A stretch of DNA of 63,984 bases, the filler included, from Ionaspis alba (Eukaryota), in the NCBI GenBank assembly GCA_964255285.1. It is 7 parts of 7 records of this genome, joined end to end, with 100 filler letters (N's around TTAATTAATTAA, not from the genome) between each part and the next. Parts side by side here need not be neighbours in the genome. Positions count along the whole stretch, not along the records: positions 47,448 to 56,757 come from CAXUUL010000679.1; positions 56,858 to 63,984 come from CAXUUL010000851.1; 5 more parts are not named here. One strand, 5' to 3'. The translations under genes were made by a program, and so were the position numbers. The notes under the pieces were generated by a model. It was not told the origin of the DNA, ran no database searches, and was given only the letters and a program-made list of their open reading frames with translations. Shown piece after piece: positions 52,279 to 63,984 of this stretch; positions within the stretch are counted from its first letter, which is position 1, and each line of letters begins with the position of its first letter.

Positions 52279-53639
52279 TTTGAAAAATTGTAATGCGAAG
52301 TATTATCAAGACGATGGTGTTGAAGATGATTCAAAGTGCAATGAAGGAAAAAGCAAAGACAATGGGGGCTACCTCATATATATACTCACAACCATCCTCT
52401 CCTTCCCGACTGCGATACGAGTCTGCATATACCAGTCCCAAGGTCGTGATTGCCTCGAATCTAGCCTACACCTAAAGCCGCGATTAACATTTCCCTTTGG
52501 AGAATATAAGGATCCAACGGCCCTAAGCTTCTGCAATTAAGGCGTGGCAATCTAACCACAGGCAGACTAGTGAGCTCTGCCAATTGGTCCAATATCAAGC
52601 GATATCAGCCACCATCTGCACATCATCATTGCTTGTGTTCGCCAAGACGGCTTGGATCTGCGAGCTCGTGTTCCGAAGTGTGGCACGGGTTGGAAAGATG
52701 GCACACTTTCGGGGACAAGATCATTAGCTCAGTATCAAAAACTCGTGCATTTCTTCGCTGCCGAGGGTTTTCAATAAAGTCCCACGGATCATGGATGCAA
52801 TGCTCAAAATCATTTATCATGACACGACTTGGCAGTCCATAGAACTTTAGCCAGGTTTGATTTTAACTATTCGCTCGTAAAGGGATGTCTTGCTGCAACA
52901 ATAAGGCATGTATTTAGAACACGCTCCGGAAGTCTCCACCATACTACAGTCCTGAGAAATGCCGTCTTCTTTAGCGGGTTTCTGCAGTCGTTCAGACAGA
53001 AGCTCGGCTTTGGTTCCATAGATCCGGATGCCCAGCTTCAGTAGCTCTGTGCAACATCCAGTCTATGGAGCATGGAAACGAGACGTGATGCCGAGGGTTT
53101 GAAGACATGGTAGGCTTTGAAATGGGCGGAGCTCTTGTACTGGAGCGGGAGGGTAGAGCTGATGAGTAATGGTGACGGCTTTAAAAATCAAAAAATTGGA
53201 GTATGGTCATTGATGGATACAGACACATGCTCAAGTTACGCAAGAGGTGAATGAGTCGAGAATAGCCATAGAAACCACGAAGCCAGGAGAATAGCACATT
53301 TATGTTGAAACCAGATGCTTTAGAAGCTGTCGTCAAATTGAACATATAATGTTTGACTTCGATATTCTGCCTCTGGAGGACTCCTGGGGACTATAAATCC
53401 GGAGGATTGCGGAGAGTTCCGTCCTTTGTTTTACCTCGGCTCGCCCAATCCTAGCATGACGATGAAATCGATACCATCATCGTTCCATCCATAAATCTTC
53501 GTATCTTCATGAAACTTGTGCTCAACCAGTCGAGCGCTTGTAACACATCTGTGTTCTAGTCTTCTCTCCCGACGTATAAGCACAACATCTCCTAGGCCGC
53601 ACAAGCAGTACTCAGAAGCCGTGCTCTATTCCCTGAGCC

Positions 53640-56495
53640 ATGGCAGACTCACCTAACCGCAAGATTCTACCTTTGATACCGTTAGCACGAGACTCCGTCC
53701 TACTTCCAGGCGTCACACTACGAGTGCCCGTTCAGAACCGTCCTGATATACCTGCTCTTCTCTCCTCCGTCTACACACGCGCAGCCACCCCCAAACCAGA
53801 TACTGCCGCGATCTCAGTCGGTTGTGTACCACTCTGCTCGCCGTTGTTGAGTCACGAAGGTCAAAATCTCTTAGAGGATGCAGACATCAGAGTGAGGAAG
53901 ACAGCGGAGCACCTGGCCACAAACCCAGGTCAGGCGGACCAGAAGGACTTGTTCGGATATGGTGTGGTGGCGAAAATATCTGGAGTCCAGGGGCAAAGGC
54001 CTGGGAAATTAGCTCTGATCGTCGAGGGCGTCCGGCGTTTCAGAATAGAGAGGTTTACACAGTTTAAGCCTTACATGGAGGCCGAAGTCACATATCTCAA
54101 AGATCAAGGTGGGCATTATTGTACTTGAAGGGACTGTGGAGAGCTAATTCAAGTCCGCACCATAGACGTTGATGTCGACAATCCTGCTATTGTGGGGCTT
54201 TTCGACCAGCTAAAGCAGCTTTCACGGGAGCTGTTGACCCTGGTCCGGCTCTCCTCCCTCCTGCCGCGAGCCTCACCCTCAATGTCTCCCATGCTCGCTA
54301 GACGGCTCGAGCTTTTCATTTCTAGGAAGGACCTACAGGAGGCTGGCGTACTCGCAGATTTCATGACCAATATTGTCGAGGCGACATTTGAAGAAAAGTT
54401 ACGCATTCTAGCAGCTTTAGATGTCAAGGATCGATTAGAGCGGGTCACTGAGCTTCTGAGTCGACATGTGCAAGGTATCAAAGGGAACATGAAGATAACG
54501 TCCATTTCCAGCACTTCGTTTCCCATCCCGCCTCCTACGTTCGACATCACAAATATTCCGCAGCAGCAGCAAAGAGATGCTATCTTGCGTCGAGGTATAG
54601 GCGCATTCACTAATGGTCAGCTACCTCCAGGATTTCCAGGTCGAGGTGGAGACGATAACGGAGCAGAGGAGCCAGATGAGATTGAGGAGCTCAAGAAGAG
54701 GCTTGATGAGGCCAAATTGACACCAGAAGCTCAGAAAGTGGCGGATAAGGAATTGAAAAGATTGAAGAAGATGAATGCTGCCCAGGCTGAATATGGGGTC
54801 TGTCGAACGTATCTAGAGAACTTGTCCGAAATTCCATGGACAACGATGACAGAAGATCAACTAGGTGTCGAAACACTCAAGCGTGCGCGAAAGCAACTAG
54901 ACGATGACCACTATGGACTGGAGAAGATCAAGAAGCGGCTTCTGGAATATCTTGCGGTGCTGAAGTTGAAACAAGCTGTCAATGATGACCTGGAGGCTCA
55001 AGTGAAACGAGCCGTCGAAGAGGCAGCTGCAAAGTCTAAAGAGATAGACTCCGAGTCATCCTCGGGCAGCGAGTCGGATGCAGACGTTACCAAGGTGCAG
55101 ATACTAAAGAGTAAACGCATGGTCGACAAGTCTCCCATATTACTGCTTGTCGGTCCACCGGGTACTGGTAAGACAAGTCTTGCTAAGTCGGTGGCTACTG
55201 CCTTAGGGAGGAAGTTCCATCGCATTTCCTTGGGAGGCGTGCGTGACGAGGCAGAGATCAGAGGCCATCGGAGAACGTACGTCGCTGCCATGCCCGGCCT
55301 TATCGTGAACGGGTTGAAAAAGGTGGGAGTCACGAATCCGGTCTTCCTGCTTGACGAGATCGATAAAGTTGGTGGATCGAACTTCCACGGAGATCCATCT
55401 GCGGCAATGCTAGAAGTTCTGGACCCAGAACAGAACCATTCGTTCACTGATCACTATGTGGGCATTCCTATCGATCTTAGCAAGGTCCTCTTCATTGCCA
55501 CTGCAAATACACTAGACACAATACCTCCTCCGCTCCTGGATAGGATGGAGACGATCAGCCTCTCTGGCTACACAACAGTTGAGAAACGACATATAGCTAC
55601 ACAGCATCTTATTCCCAAGCAAATCACCACAAATGGCATGTCTGACGGCCAAGTCGAGTTCACTGACGACGTAGTCGACACCATAATCACATCCTACACT
55701 CGAGAATCTGGCGTTCGAAACCTCGAAAGAGAGATCGGCTCTGTCTGTCGATTCAAAGCTGTCGAATATGCCGACGCTAAGGATGCTTCCAAGTTGCAAA
55801 CATATAAACCCTTAGTCTCTGTCGGTGATCTGGAAGAAATCCTTGGCATCGAGCGCTTCGACGAAGAGATTGCAGAGAAGCAATCAGTACCAGGTGTTGT
55901 TACAGGCCTTGTAGCATACTCTTATGGCGGTCAAGGTAGTATTCTTTTCATCGAAGTCGCAGACATGCCTGGCAGTGGGCGGGTCCAACTCACCGGGAAA
56001 CTCGGAGATGTGCTCAAGGAATCCGTGGAGGTGGCGTTGACGTGGGTGAAAGCTCATTCCTACGACCTTGGTCTAACGCAGGACGCCAACGAGGATATCA
56101 TGGCCAACCGCAGCGTGCATGTTCACTGTCCTTCGGGTGCTGTGCCAAAGGATGGACCATCAGCTGGTCTCGCGCATACGGTCGCTCTAATCTCGCTTTT
56201 CTCAGGAAAGGCTGTGCCACCACAGATCGCCATGACTGGGGAAGTCAGTCTTAGAGGACGGGTCATGCCTGTTGGGGGTATCAAAGAGAAGCTGATTGGT
56301 GCTTTGAGAGCTGGAGTCAAGACTGTGTTGTTGCCGATTTTGAATAGGAAGGATGTGAAAGACTTGCCACAGGAGGTCAAGGACGGATTAGAGATCATTC
56401 ATGTTGGAAATATTTGGGAGGCGCTGAAGCATATATGGCCAGAGGCGACATGGCCTAGAGAGCAGCATCTCCCTGATATCGAGAGCAGGCTATAA
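53640..56495 (+). CDS. Peroxisomal Lon protease (LONP2/Pln)
   Basis: LON N-domain, Walker [20 protein letters not shown], catalytic PKDGPSAG and GGIKEK, C-terminal PTS1 SRL. Confidence 0.96.
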
Positions 56496-57015
56496 GATTG
56501 ATGATAGTCATTGATGGCACACGAGCGGCGTTGGGCAAGCATTTGGTTGGAAGTTCTCTAGGTATTCAAGTAGCTTTGTACATATATCATCACTGTTCAG
56601 TAGTTGAAATCTCCCCCACTCCAAGCACAGCTCTATGCCACGATGATGATCGACTTGATCTGACTCCAATATGTTACAAGAAGCCTCTAATCTGTTCACT
56701 TATCCTCACCTCCTTGCCACCTCCGCTCCCTCCTCCGCATTAACATCCATTCCAATCNNNNNNNNNNNNNNNNNNNNNNNNNNNNNNNNNNNNNNNNNNN
56801 NTTAATTAATTAANNNNNNNNNNNNNNNNNNNNNNNNNNNNNNNNNNNNNNNNNNNNCCGAGGAAGAGACACTCGCAGAGAGGAGCGTCCAGACCTAGGT
56901 CGAGGCAGAGATAGTGGTCGAGAAAGAGACAACCGGGGGCTGTACAGTGATAGTCTCTATTCGCGTCCACGTGCTCGCGGATTCCATTGACTCGATCTCA
57001 AGCCTTACGAGCATC

Positions 57016-57058
57016 TCTGTTCGATGTCTGTTCTGTTCGATGTCTGTTCTGTTCGACA
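57016..57058. repeat. Short tandem repeat, about 2.7 copies of TCTGTTCGATGTCTGT
   Basis: Directly visible. Confidence 0.8.
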
Positions 57059-57479
57059 TCTTTGTCATATTGGCTCACTGATACTCCTAGCGTGGTGTCA
57101 GGGCTAATGGGAATGATGCAATGCATTGCGGGATTGGAGGATCTTGTAAAATTGCTCTCTGTCTCACCACGCTGCCTACGAAGCCCCTAAGCGCTGCTAA
57201 GAGCATGTCAAGTGTAGGATACTTGTCTTCATAGAGTCCATAGAAAATTTTCCAAAACACACATGCTGCTCTCTTGCTGAATAGTTTTCAATCTACACTG
57301 TGTAGTCGGTCATTACATGGGCTCTGCTGACGAAGAAGAATATTCAGTGTAATGGCGTTGATCAGCCGGAAGTGCCAAGCCGTTCACGTGCAGTTGAGAC
57401 CAGCCTTATAAGGGACACTCAGTTCTACACTTTCCATGCCTGATTCAACACCATTGTCTGACTTCTTTGTATCTCCTAA

Positions 57480-58499
57480 ATGACGATGGACACTAAGCAA
57501 GAGAATGGGACTTCAGTCCCATCCGGGGATGCAAAGCCTCAACCAGAGGCTGAATGGGATGAAGCTCGTCTTACCTCGTCTCTTGCTCGCCTCCAAGAAC
57601 TGCACATCCAGGTGAGGCGTTCCTGCGAGGACCTTTTATTGTCTTGTCTGGAACTGACCGCTCCTGAAATACAGCTTCGTCAGCTTCGAGAAACAATTCC
57701 CTCCCTCATGCGGGTCATTCACACAGAGCACTCGACTCCTGGCGGCCTGTACGCCGAAGTCTCTAGGGCTGCGACAGATGCTGTGGGTGACATCAAAGAT
57801 TTTGTGCAGCACATGCGAGAACCTAAGAGTCAAGAGATACTAAGGAAAGCAAAGGACACCAAGGGAAAAGATGGCGGGGCAATCATGGGATGGCTGGTCA
57901 CACAACATCCAAAGTGGCTGGAGAAATCAGTGCATACTACTGTTGAACAGGTACACGTGGAAGCAGAGGATAGAGAGGAGGATAAAAATGCAAAGCTCAT
58001 GGCGCAAGATCCTGCTGTGGTTGTCGAAGTATTCCGGAAAGATCACCCTGACTTGGACGTCCTGATAGACCAAGAAGCGCAGGAGATCAAGGTACATTGG
58101 CTCCTATAGAAGCTTACGGTTTCATACTGACTTCTGAAGTTCAATCTCCCTCAAGCAAGATTAGACTTCCGTATTGATTTGCAATCTGAGACAAACTCCA
58201 AAGTACCCTACAAAACAACTCTCAGAGAAACCATCAAGCTGCATGGACTCATTCTCCGTGCTATATCTCAACGGCCCGAGCCTACAAACCTCCAACTTCT
58301 CCTTGTACGTCCGATATCCCCCGCCTGTCCTGCCCTCGCTCACGTCGCACAGGAGATGCTAGCCTCATATTCTGATTTGAGGTCAAGACCGTGTGAGAAG
58401 TGTAATCGGCCACTTGATCGTGATGCTCAGCGGCCTGCCTACCGTGTAAAGAGAAATGACGGATGGGAGGCTTTGCATGCCATCTGTGCTTCAAGCTAA
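57480..58499 (+). CDS. med27: Mediator subunit Med27 (fungal), 4 exons
   Basis: SLARLQELHIQLRQLRETIP and C-terminal EMLASYSDL..PCEKC..LD...WEALHAIC zinc motif. Confidence 0.75.
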
Positions 58500-59098
58500 A
58501 CGAACAGGGCATTCGGCATGTAGTGGCCATAGTAATAGTTGTCGTCGGCAGGTCTGCCCCAGTCTAGCCATGGAGTGTTAGGATCATATCGAAACGGATT
58601 GTTGTGAGGCCCCGGCCCGAATTCGGTATGCTCAGTTCCTAGCCAGTCGCGGATATAGTGATGTCCCACCGGGTGTCGCTTTCGCTGCCATTTAACATCG
58701 CTCCAGACACCTTGTTGTGGCACTCGATATTTGCGCTTGCGGAAGTCGTACTTCTTTGATCCCAAGGGTACTCCGACCTCGTCCATATCTCTCATATATC
58801 CGAGGTTATCCAATTCTTGCCAGTTCGTCCACGTCGGTCTATCCGGGCTAAGACTTCCCTTCGGCGCTATCCAGATTCCAGGCCCTTTACCGGTCAGGAC
58901 ATCTTTGAATCGCCGCCAAGAGTAAGGTGGTCGATTCGTTTTTCCCTTGTCGCGGGGCCAAACGAACTGCAGTTTCGGCGGTTTCATGGGGTTTGGATGC
59001 TGAGCAGCTGCCCATGTTGGAATTGGGTCACCGTGTTGGTCAAACAAGTGCTGGTCCCAAAAGGTTATCTGGGGGTGGATTGGGAATGTGCTACCCAT
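58496..59098 (-). CDS. Hypothetical 200-aa Trp/Pro/Arg-rich protein, intronless
   Basis: ATG-initiated 200-codon ORF with protein-like composition. No family recognised. Confidence 0.65.
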   Translation of the reverse strand: MGSTFPIHPQITFWDQHLFDQHGDPIPTWAAAQHPNPMKPPKLQFVWPRDKGKTNRPPYSWRRFKDVLTGKGPGIWIAPKGSLSPDRPTWTNWQELDNLGYMRDMDEVGVPLGSKKYDFRKRKYRVPQQGVWSDVKWQRKRHPVGHHYIRDWLGTEHTEFGPGPHNNPFRYDPNTPWLDWGRPADDNYYYGHYMPNALFV

Positions 59099-60178
59099 TA
59101 TAGATATGAGGAAGATCCTGGTGTCTGAATTTTGAATGGGATTGTGAGATCGAGCTGAATATGATAAGGGCTCTCAATCATATATTGGATTTCATTGCAG
59201 TTCATTCCCCTCGATCTCGCGCATAACTCTGAACAGTTTGATCAGACAAACCAGCAAGGTCCACACTGCTGTCACGTCTTGCAGCGAACAAGGCAAATAT
59301 TTGATCAGTGCCTATGACTGTTGTTTCTCAGCCAGCGCTGGCAAACAACAGCAGCAGATTGCTAGAGTCGCTTGAGCCTCAGGCCAAGCGATCACGTGCA
59401 CAACTCCAACTGTTGGCAGATTCTGACGGCACCGCTCAGCGATACTTAATTTGATATGCGCTGGGCTCTTGCTGATGGTTGATTGCTTATCCTGCATCGC
59501 GGTTGATTGTGGAATTGACGCGCCTCTGTGTCACAAGACTTGTCCTGGCCCAACACTGTTCCTTTCTTTCATTGTCGGTCGTCAAAGGTGGATGAAATGG
59601 TTGGCACAGCCAGCTCTATGCAAGTGGGACAGAATTGAGTACTAGTTGCTCAATAAAGCTTGTCAAGCTGCGAGATACGCCTCGATTCCGAGGGATCTAT
59701 GCTATCGAAGTCTTGAGAGAATGTTCTCGGGCAGGAAAGTAGCGATGTTGCGTATAAACATTATCTGAGCCCTTAGCAAGAATGAGTACATTCAAGATGG
59801 ATGTGAAAGCAGCGCGTATGCGAAAAAATCCATGGTTGTTGCTTATTGGCCGTGGACTAATTCTATTCGCTGAATAAGCGGGCTCAGGGCTTCCACCAAA
59901 AGTCATAGAAAATTCCGGATCCTCGCAGCGGTAACACAACCTCAATTGTCACTCCCCATGCACACGAACAAGACGCGTAAGATAACATCAGACTCGAGAA
60001 GCAACAACAACGAAATGGCGACGGGAATGAACTTCTCCTACTGTCATAGTACGATCCCTGATCTTCGTCGACCACTACTGCCTCTCTGAAACCGGAGTAC
60101 TGACTGAGTCCAGCGGACGGGCTTCCCTTGGGTGGCTTGCCCATCTACATACCTCGACCGCAAGTCCAAGCATCCGCC

Positions 60179-60625
60179 ATGGAGCTAAAAGAAGCACAGA
60201 AGTATAAACTCGATGCCGTGGTTAAGGCAGGGTATATAAAGCGGGGCGACGTCTTGCAAGTCTATTCTGCGACCGACTTGGGTAGTGATCACTGGATGAC
60301 TACGGTGAGTCAATTCCACCGGAGATCGTCATGTCCAAACTAAGTAGATACAATGAAGGTTGTCGATGTCAAAACGAACGGACATATAGTGATAGTCGAC
60401 AACGATGGAGCCCAAAAAGACATCGGGGGTCCCCGCCAGATCGTTAAGCAGGCTACCGAGTACAACGAACGTCTTTCAGCGTTAGAGCTTAAGGCGTGGC
60501 AGCATATCATCCTATACAACGACAACATGAGGATGGGGTCCCTCGACGAAGTCCGCACTGAATTCTATATTCATATGAAGCAGGAAAAGGCCCTCAAGGA
60601 AAAGGCCGATGCAAAGAAGCTGTAG
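60179..60625 (+). CDS. Small stand-alone RAMA-like domain protein, 2 exons
   Basis: MELKEAQKYKLDAVVKAGYIKRGDVLQV..|VVDVKTNGHIVI..GGPRQIV..KAWQHIILY....GSLDEVRTEFY. GTGAGT donor at 60305; the exact acceptor is ambiguous. Confidence 0.65.
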
Positions 60626-60650
60626 ATCAGAGAATGAAATCATTGGAAGC

Positions 60651-61637
60651 TCATTGAGCTGCAACTTGAACCACGAATTCGAAGAGGCGAATAGGAGCAT
60701 GAGACTTCGCTGCGCTTTCCTCAAATAGTGATCGCTCCATGAAAGTTGCATTGCCAGTTTGGTCAATCAAAAGCACAGACTGTTTCTGCGTCCCGTAAGC
60801 TCCACTCGTCGTGTCGTTGATACGTATTGAACCACTGCTGTTCGCTGAGGCTATTTTGTCGGACTTGCCGTTGCTTGATGTTCCCCCGCCTATGACTGGA
60901 ATAAATATGCTCTTTCTCAGCTGCTTCACTTGTGTCTCCCAGCCTGCTGTTCCTTCGAGCCTTGGAAGTGTATCTGTACTAAGCAGGCTCATCAATGCTT
61001 CTCCCAATTGCTCCTTCGTGTAATTGTCCTGAACAGACTTGGTGATCAGAGAATTGAGCAGCTTCTCGCCTTCAACAACCTTTGGCCAAGACCGGTCTCC
61101 AAACGCTGCATTGCTGAGGCCAATGGTTTCCCCCGAGTTCTTGGCAATCCATGCCACTCCTTCTGCACTTGGTGTACGATTTGAAATGATTGCAAGGGGC
61201 TCTCCAATACGGCCACATATGAGACTGAAACCACCAACACCTTCAACACCTTGCTCTTCAACTAAATACTTGACAAATGCTTCAGTAGACATGGCGGACT
61301 TTGGAGATTGGCACAAGAAAGCATTAACCATAGCTCCACGACTTTGCTTTCCCACGAACGCTTGGCCTTCTTCTCGGAAATTGGTTAGAACGGCCACTCG
61401 ACCGTCCCGTGTTATGCCGAGCCATGTGCCGTGGACTTCACGCTCAAGATCGCGTCCGCCCAGGACATGCTCGTTAGGAGACTCCCACCACGCCGCAGGT
61501 GCAGTGGGACGGTTGAGAAACTCCTATGACAGGAGTCAGCAAGGTAGGAAGGACTCCAAAGACGTGTATACATCGCGATTGTTGATTAAGATCAGAGCAT
61601 AGTCTGGATGAGCCGTGGAAATTAGGGCAATACACAT
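60651..61637 (-). CDS. TANGO2/NRDE family protein, 2 exons
   Basis: MCIALISTAHPDYALILINNRD|EFLNRPT, GGRDL, GTWLG, AVLTNFRE, SRG, GLSN and YGTQKQSVLLID. Confidence 0.93.
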
Positions 61638-62117
61638 AGCTATGAGTAATACCTATAGTAGAGTCAACTTGGCAAGTGTTTTGGCACTGTCATTGCTACT
61701 TGATTACTCGATGGAGCACAATCTCACCGTGTTGAAGCGGTGACTTACAGGTTTGCATATCCGATGAAGGGCAGACCGAAGTTGTGGATTCGAATAGAGC
61801 CCTGAGGAGTTTGCTTAAACGTTTGCTCTGCAGGTCTGCTATAAGCATATACGGCCAGTGAATAATGAAGCGTCAGATCAGCAGTTTCCACTTCCGTGGT
61901 TCCGACCGGCTATAGCTGCCGAGCTGGGACAGCTCGAAGCCCTTGTCTAGCCGCTGATCTCCCGCGATGACAGCAGCCGCGGGGTTCACGATAGCGAGGT
62001 CAAGGCAGCCATAATACTCGTCAACTTATGTTTGGTACACAACGTCTGTCCAATTCCCTTTCTCCACAACAGCTTTGAGTGTCCTACTCATTCCCCAAAT
62101 CTTGCCATCTAGCTACC

Positions 62118-63176
62118 ATGTTTGACCTCATCCCAAACCTCTTAGCGTGAGCACTCCCTCTGACCCCTTGCTACCGAACGGCAGAAGAATACATATTACC
62201 ATAGTCCTCTTTTAATACCCAGCTCTTCCGCTCAGACCACTGACGTCGCGAAAGGTCAATTCTCACCATTCTCTTCCCGATTTTTGCCTCATACAAAGCT
62301 CTCAGAACCTCCGATCCGGCACAGTTGACTCCGTGGCTTATGTACTGGGTCTCTTTTGCGCTCGTCACCCTATTCGAATCCTGGACCTGGTATCTAGTCT
62401 CATGGATCCCTTTCTATGCCTACATGCGGCTCTTTGCGCTAGCCTACCTCGTTCTGCCTCAGACCCAGGGAGCTCGCCTACTGTATCAGTCTCATATTCA
62501 TCCTTTTCTGGCGCATCATGAAGAAAGCATTGATCGCATGATCACGAACGCCCACGAACAAGCTAAGAGCGCAGGTCTACAATACGTGAAGCAAGCTGTG
62601 CAATTTATCAAGCAAAACCTTTTGGGGATGCAGGCGCCACCAGCGCGAAAGGCCTATGCCGTAGAAGGTGGAAGCTATGCCCAGACTCTTCTGGGGAGAT
62701 TCAATCTGCCTTCGGCGAGCCATGGCCTTGCCGCTCCTGCGGGAGACTTCTACGGTCTCTTAAGCGCCGCGATGGGAACAATTGGGAGGAGTTCCGCGCC
62801 TAGAGAAGTGCAAGCAGAAGAACTAACCCGCAGTGGCACCTTGATCCCCCAGAATATTACGAGCACATCCGAGAAGATGAAATTTATCTCCACTCAGCGA
62901 GAGAAGCTGAGGATCGTGCTAACAGCGCTGGATCAAGAAGCCAGTGAGCTGGAAATCGCCAAGGATGTGGAACGACGGCTTGGCGAGATTGGAAAACCGC
63001 CATCAGGCACTGAATTGCAGAAGAGTAAGAGCGAAGCGTCCTTTGACACTATCGAAAGAACAGAAGCGTCTGGTCAGTCTCCACCAGGGAGTGCAGGTGG
63101 AGGGAGTTGGCTACCATGGGCCTGGGGAGGTAAGACGAACGCCGGAGCTTCTACTGGTGTTGACACTTCCCAATGA
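62118..63176 (+). CDS. HVA22/TB2/DP1 (REEP) family ER membrane protein, 2 exons
   Basis: LFPIFASYKAL, LTPWLMYW, WIPFYAY..YLVLPQTQGARLLY..IHPFL. Confidence 0.92.
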
Positions 63177-63984
63177 GTTCTCCGATGGATTATCTGTTCC
63201 CTGGCAGAAGCACTTCTTACCTTATATCACTACACTGGTAATCTGATCATGAAATATTATTGAAATTGACGAAGACTGTTGCACACTCTGCCAGAGTACT
63301 ACAGCATCCACAATGCAAGAGATTTGATGCTGCGTTGAGGTCCTTCTTTCATTTTCTTCACAGCCTTCCTTCTACGAATCTCCACTACCTGTGTTCTGAA
63401 CCTTCAGTCGAACATAGGAGGCTTCCCGCATGAACATTTCCATTTTCTCCATCTCTTGCAACTATCAGTGAGACTGAGAAGCAGATCGGAATTGTTGTGG
63501 TTCAGAGTACCTGAAAGCAAACTATACTGTTTTTGTGTCTGCAACAGCTTACCTGGAATTTTTGGCTCTGCTTGTAAGTAATAGCACTCAGCATTTGATT
63601 TTCAATCGCTCCATTTCTTTCTCACAAGAAACGTCGACTCCTTGCGTCTCCTGCCTTCTTAAAGCGACCAAATGCCATTAGAATCCTCCAGATTTATCTC
63701 AGACCCAAAAGAGGGCCTTCAGCCAGGTTCTCCGTCAATCACATGAGTTGGCTACCCTAGCCAGGGCAGGGCTTTCAGCAGCGCCCAGCTCGCATTGTCC
63801 CAGTGCCCTTCAGCTTCGCTTATCATCCGCAATTCAGATGGTGTCCATCACGATTACCGCATCACCTAAAAGGTCTTCGGCTCATATTTTGCCACTGAGA
63901 ATCTGGCCATCGGATCCCAAAAGGATATACATTTCAACAATCTGTGGTCCTACTACCAATCACTGGTCGTAGGGATCATTTCGT

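Noticed and set aside
9452..56857. Regularly spaced TTAATTAATTAA motifs every ~9.4 kb, and any gene cluster spanning them
   Set aside because: Artificial six-frame-stop linkers between length-sorted contigs; adjacency across them is meaningless.

Overview
Fungal (Pezizomycotina-type) genomic DNA with short GT-AG introns. The window is not one locus. It is seven unrelated contigs joined by 100-nt N44-TTAATTAATTAA-N44 spacers, and the five complete contigs fall in length order (9426, 9394, 9366, 9310, 9310 nt). Exact 55-bp duplications around internal gaps suggest a k=55 short-read assembly. Most content is housekeeping: bem1, THP3/LENG8-like, vps36, the nrd1-citrate synthase-yhm2 triad, a CorA-like protein, mdv1, aro7, bcp1, Sec61-beta, a CNT nucleoside transporter, an ADA2-like deaminase, D-lactate dehydrogenase, an MFS transporter, a 5S rRNA, peroxisomal Lon, Med27, TANGO2/NRDE and an HVA22/REEP protein. 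The strongest signals missed by the ORF track are: (1) a 3-exon NFAP2-like cysteine-rich antifungal peptide gene in a gene-poor contig, between two copies of a degenerate hairpin repeat; (2) a stand-alone RAMA-like domain protein; (3) AT-rich RIP-like relics in which CpG is selectively spared; (4) several spliced orphan genes; (5) a divergent nucleoside transporter/adenosine deaminase pair; (6) Nrd1/Nab3-type motifs in the nrd1 leader. Family assignments come from recalled motifs, not database searches.
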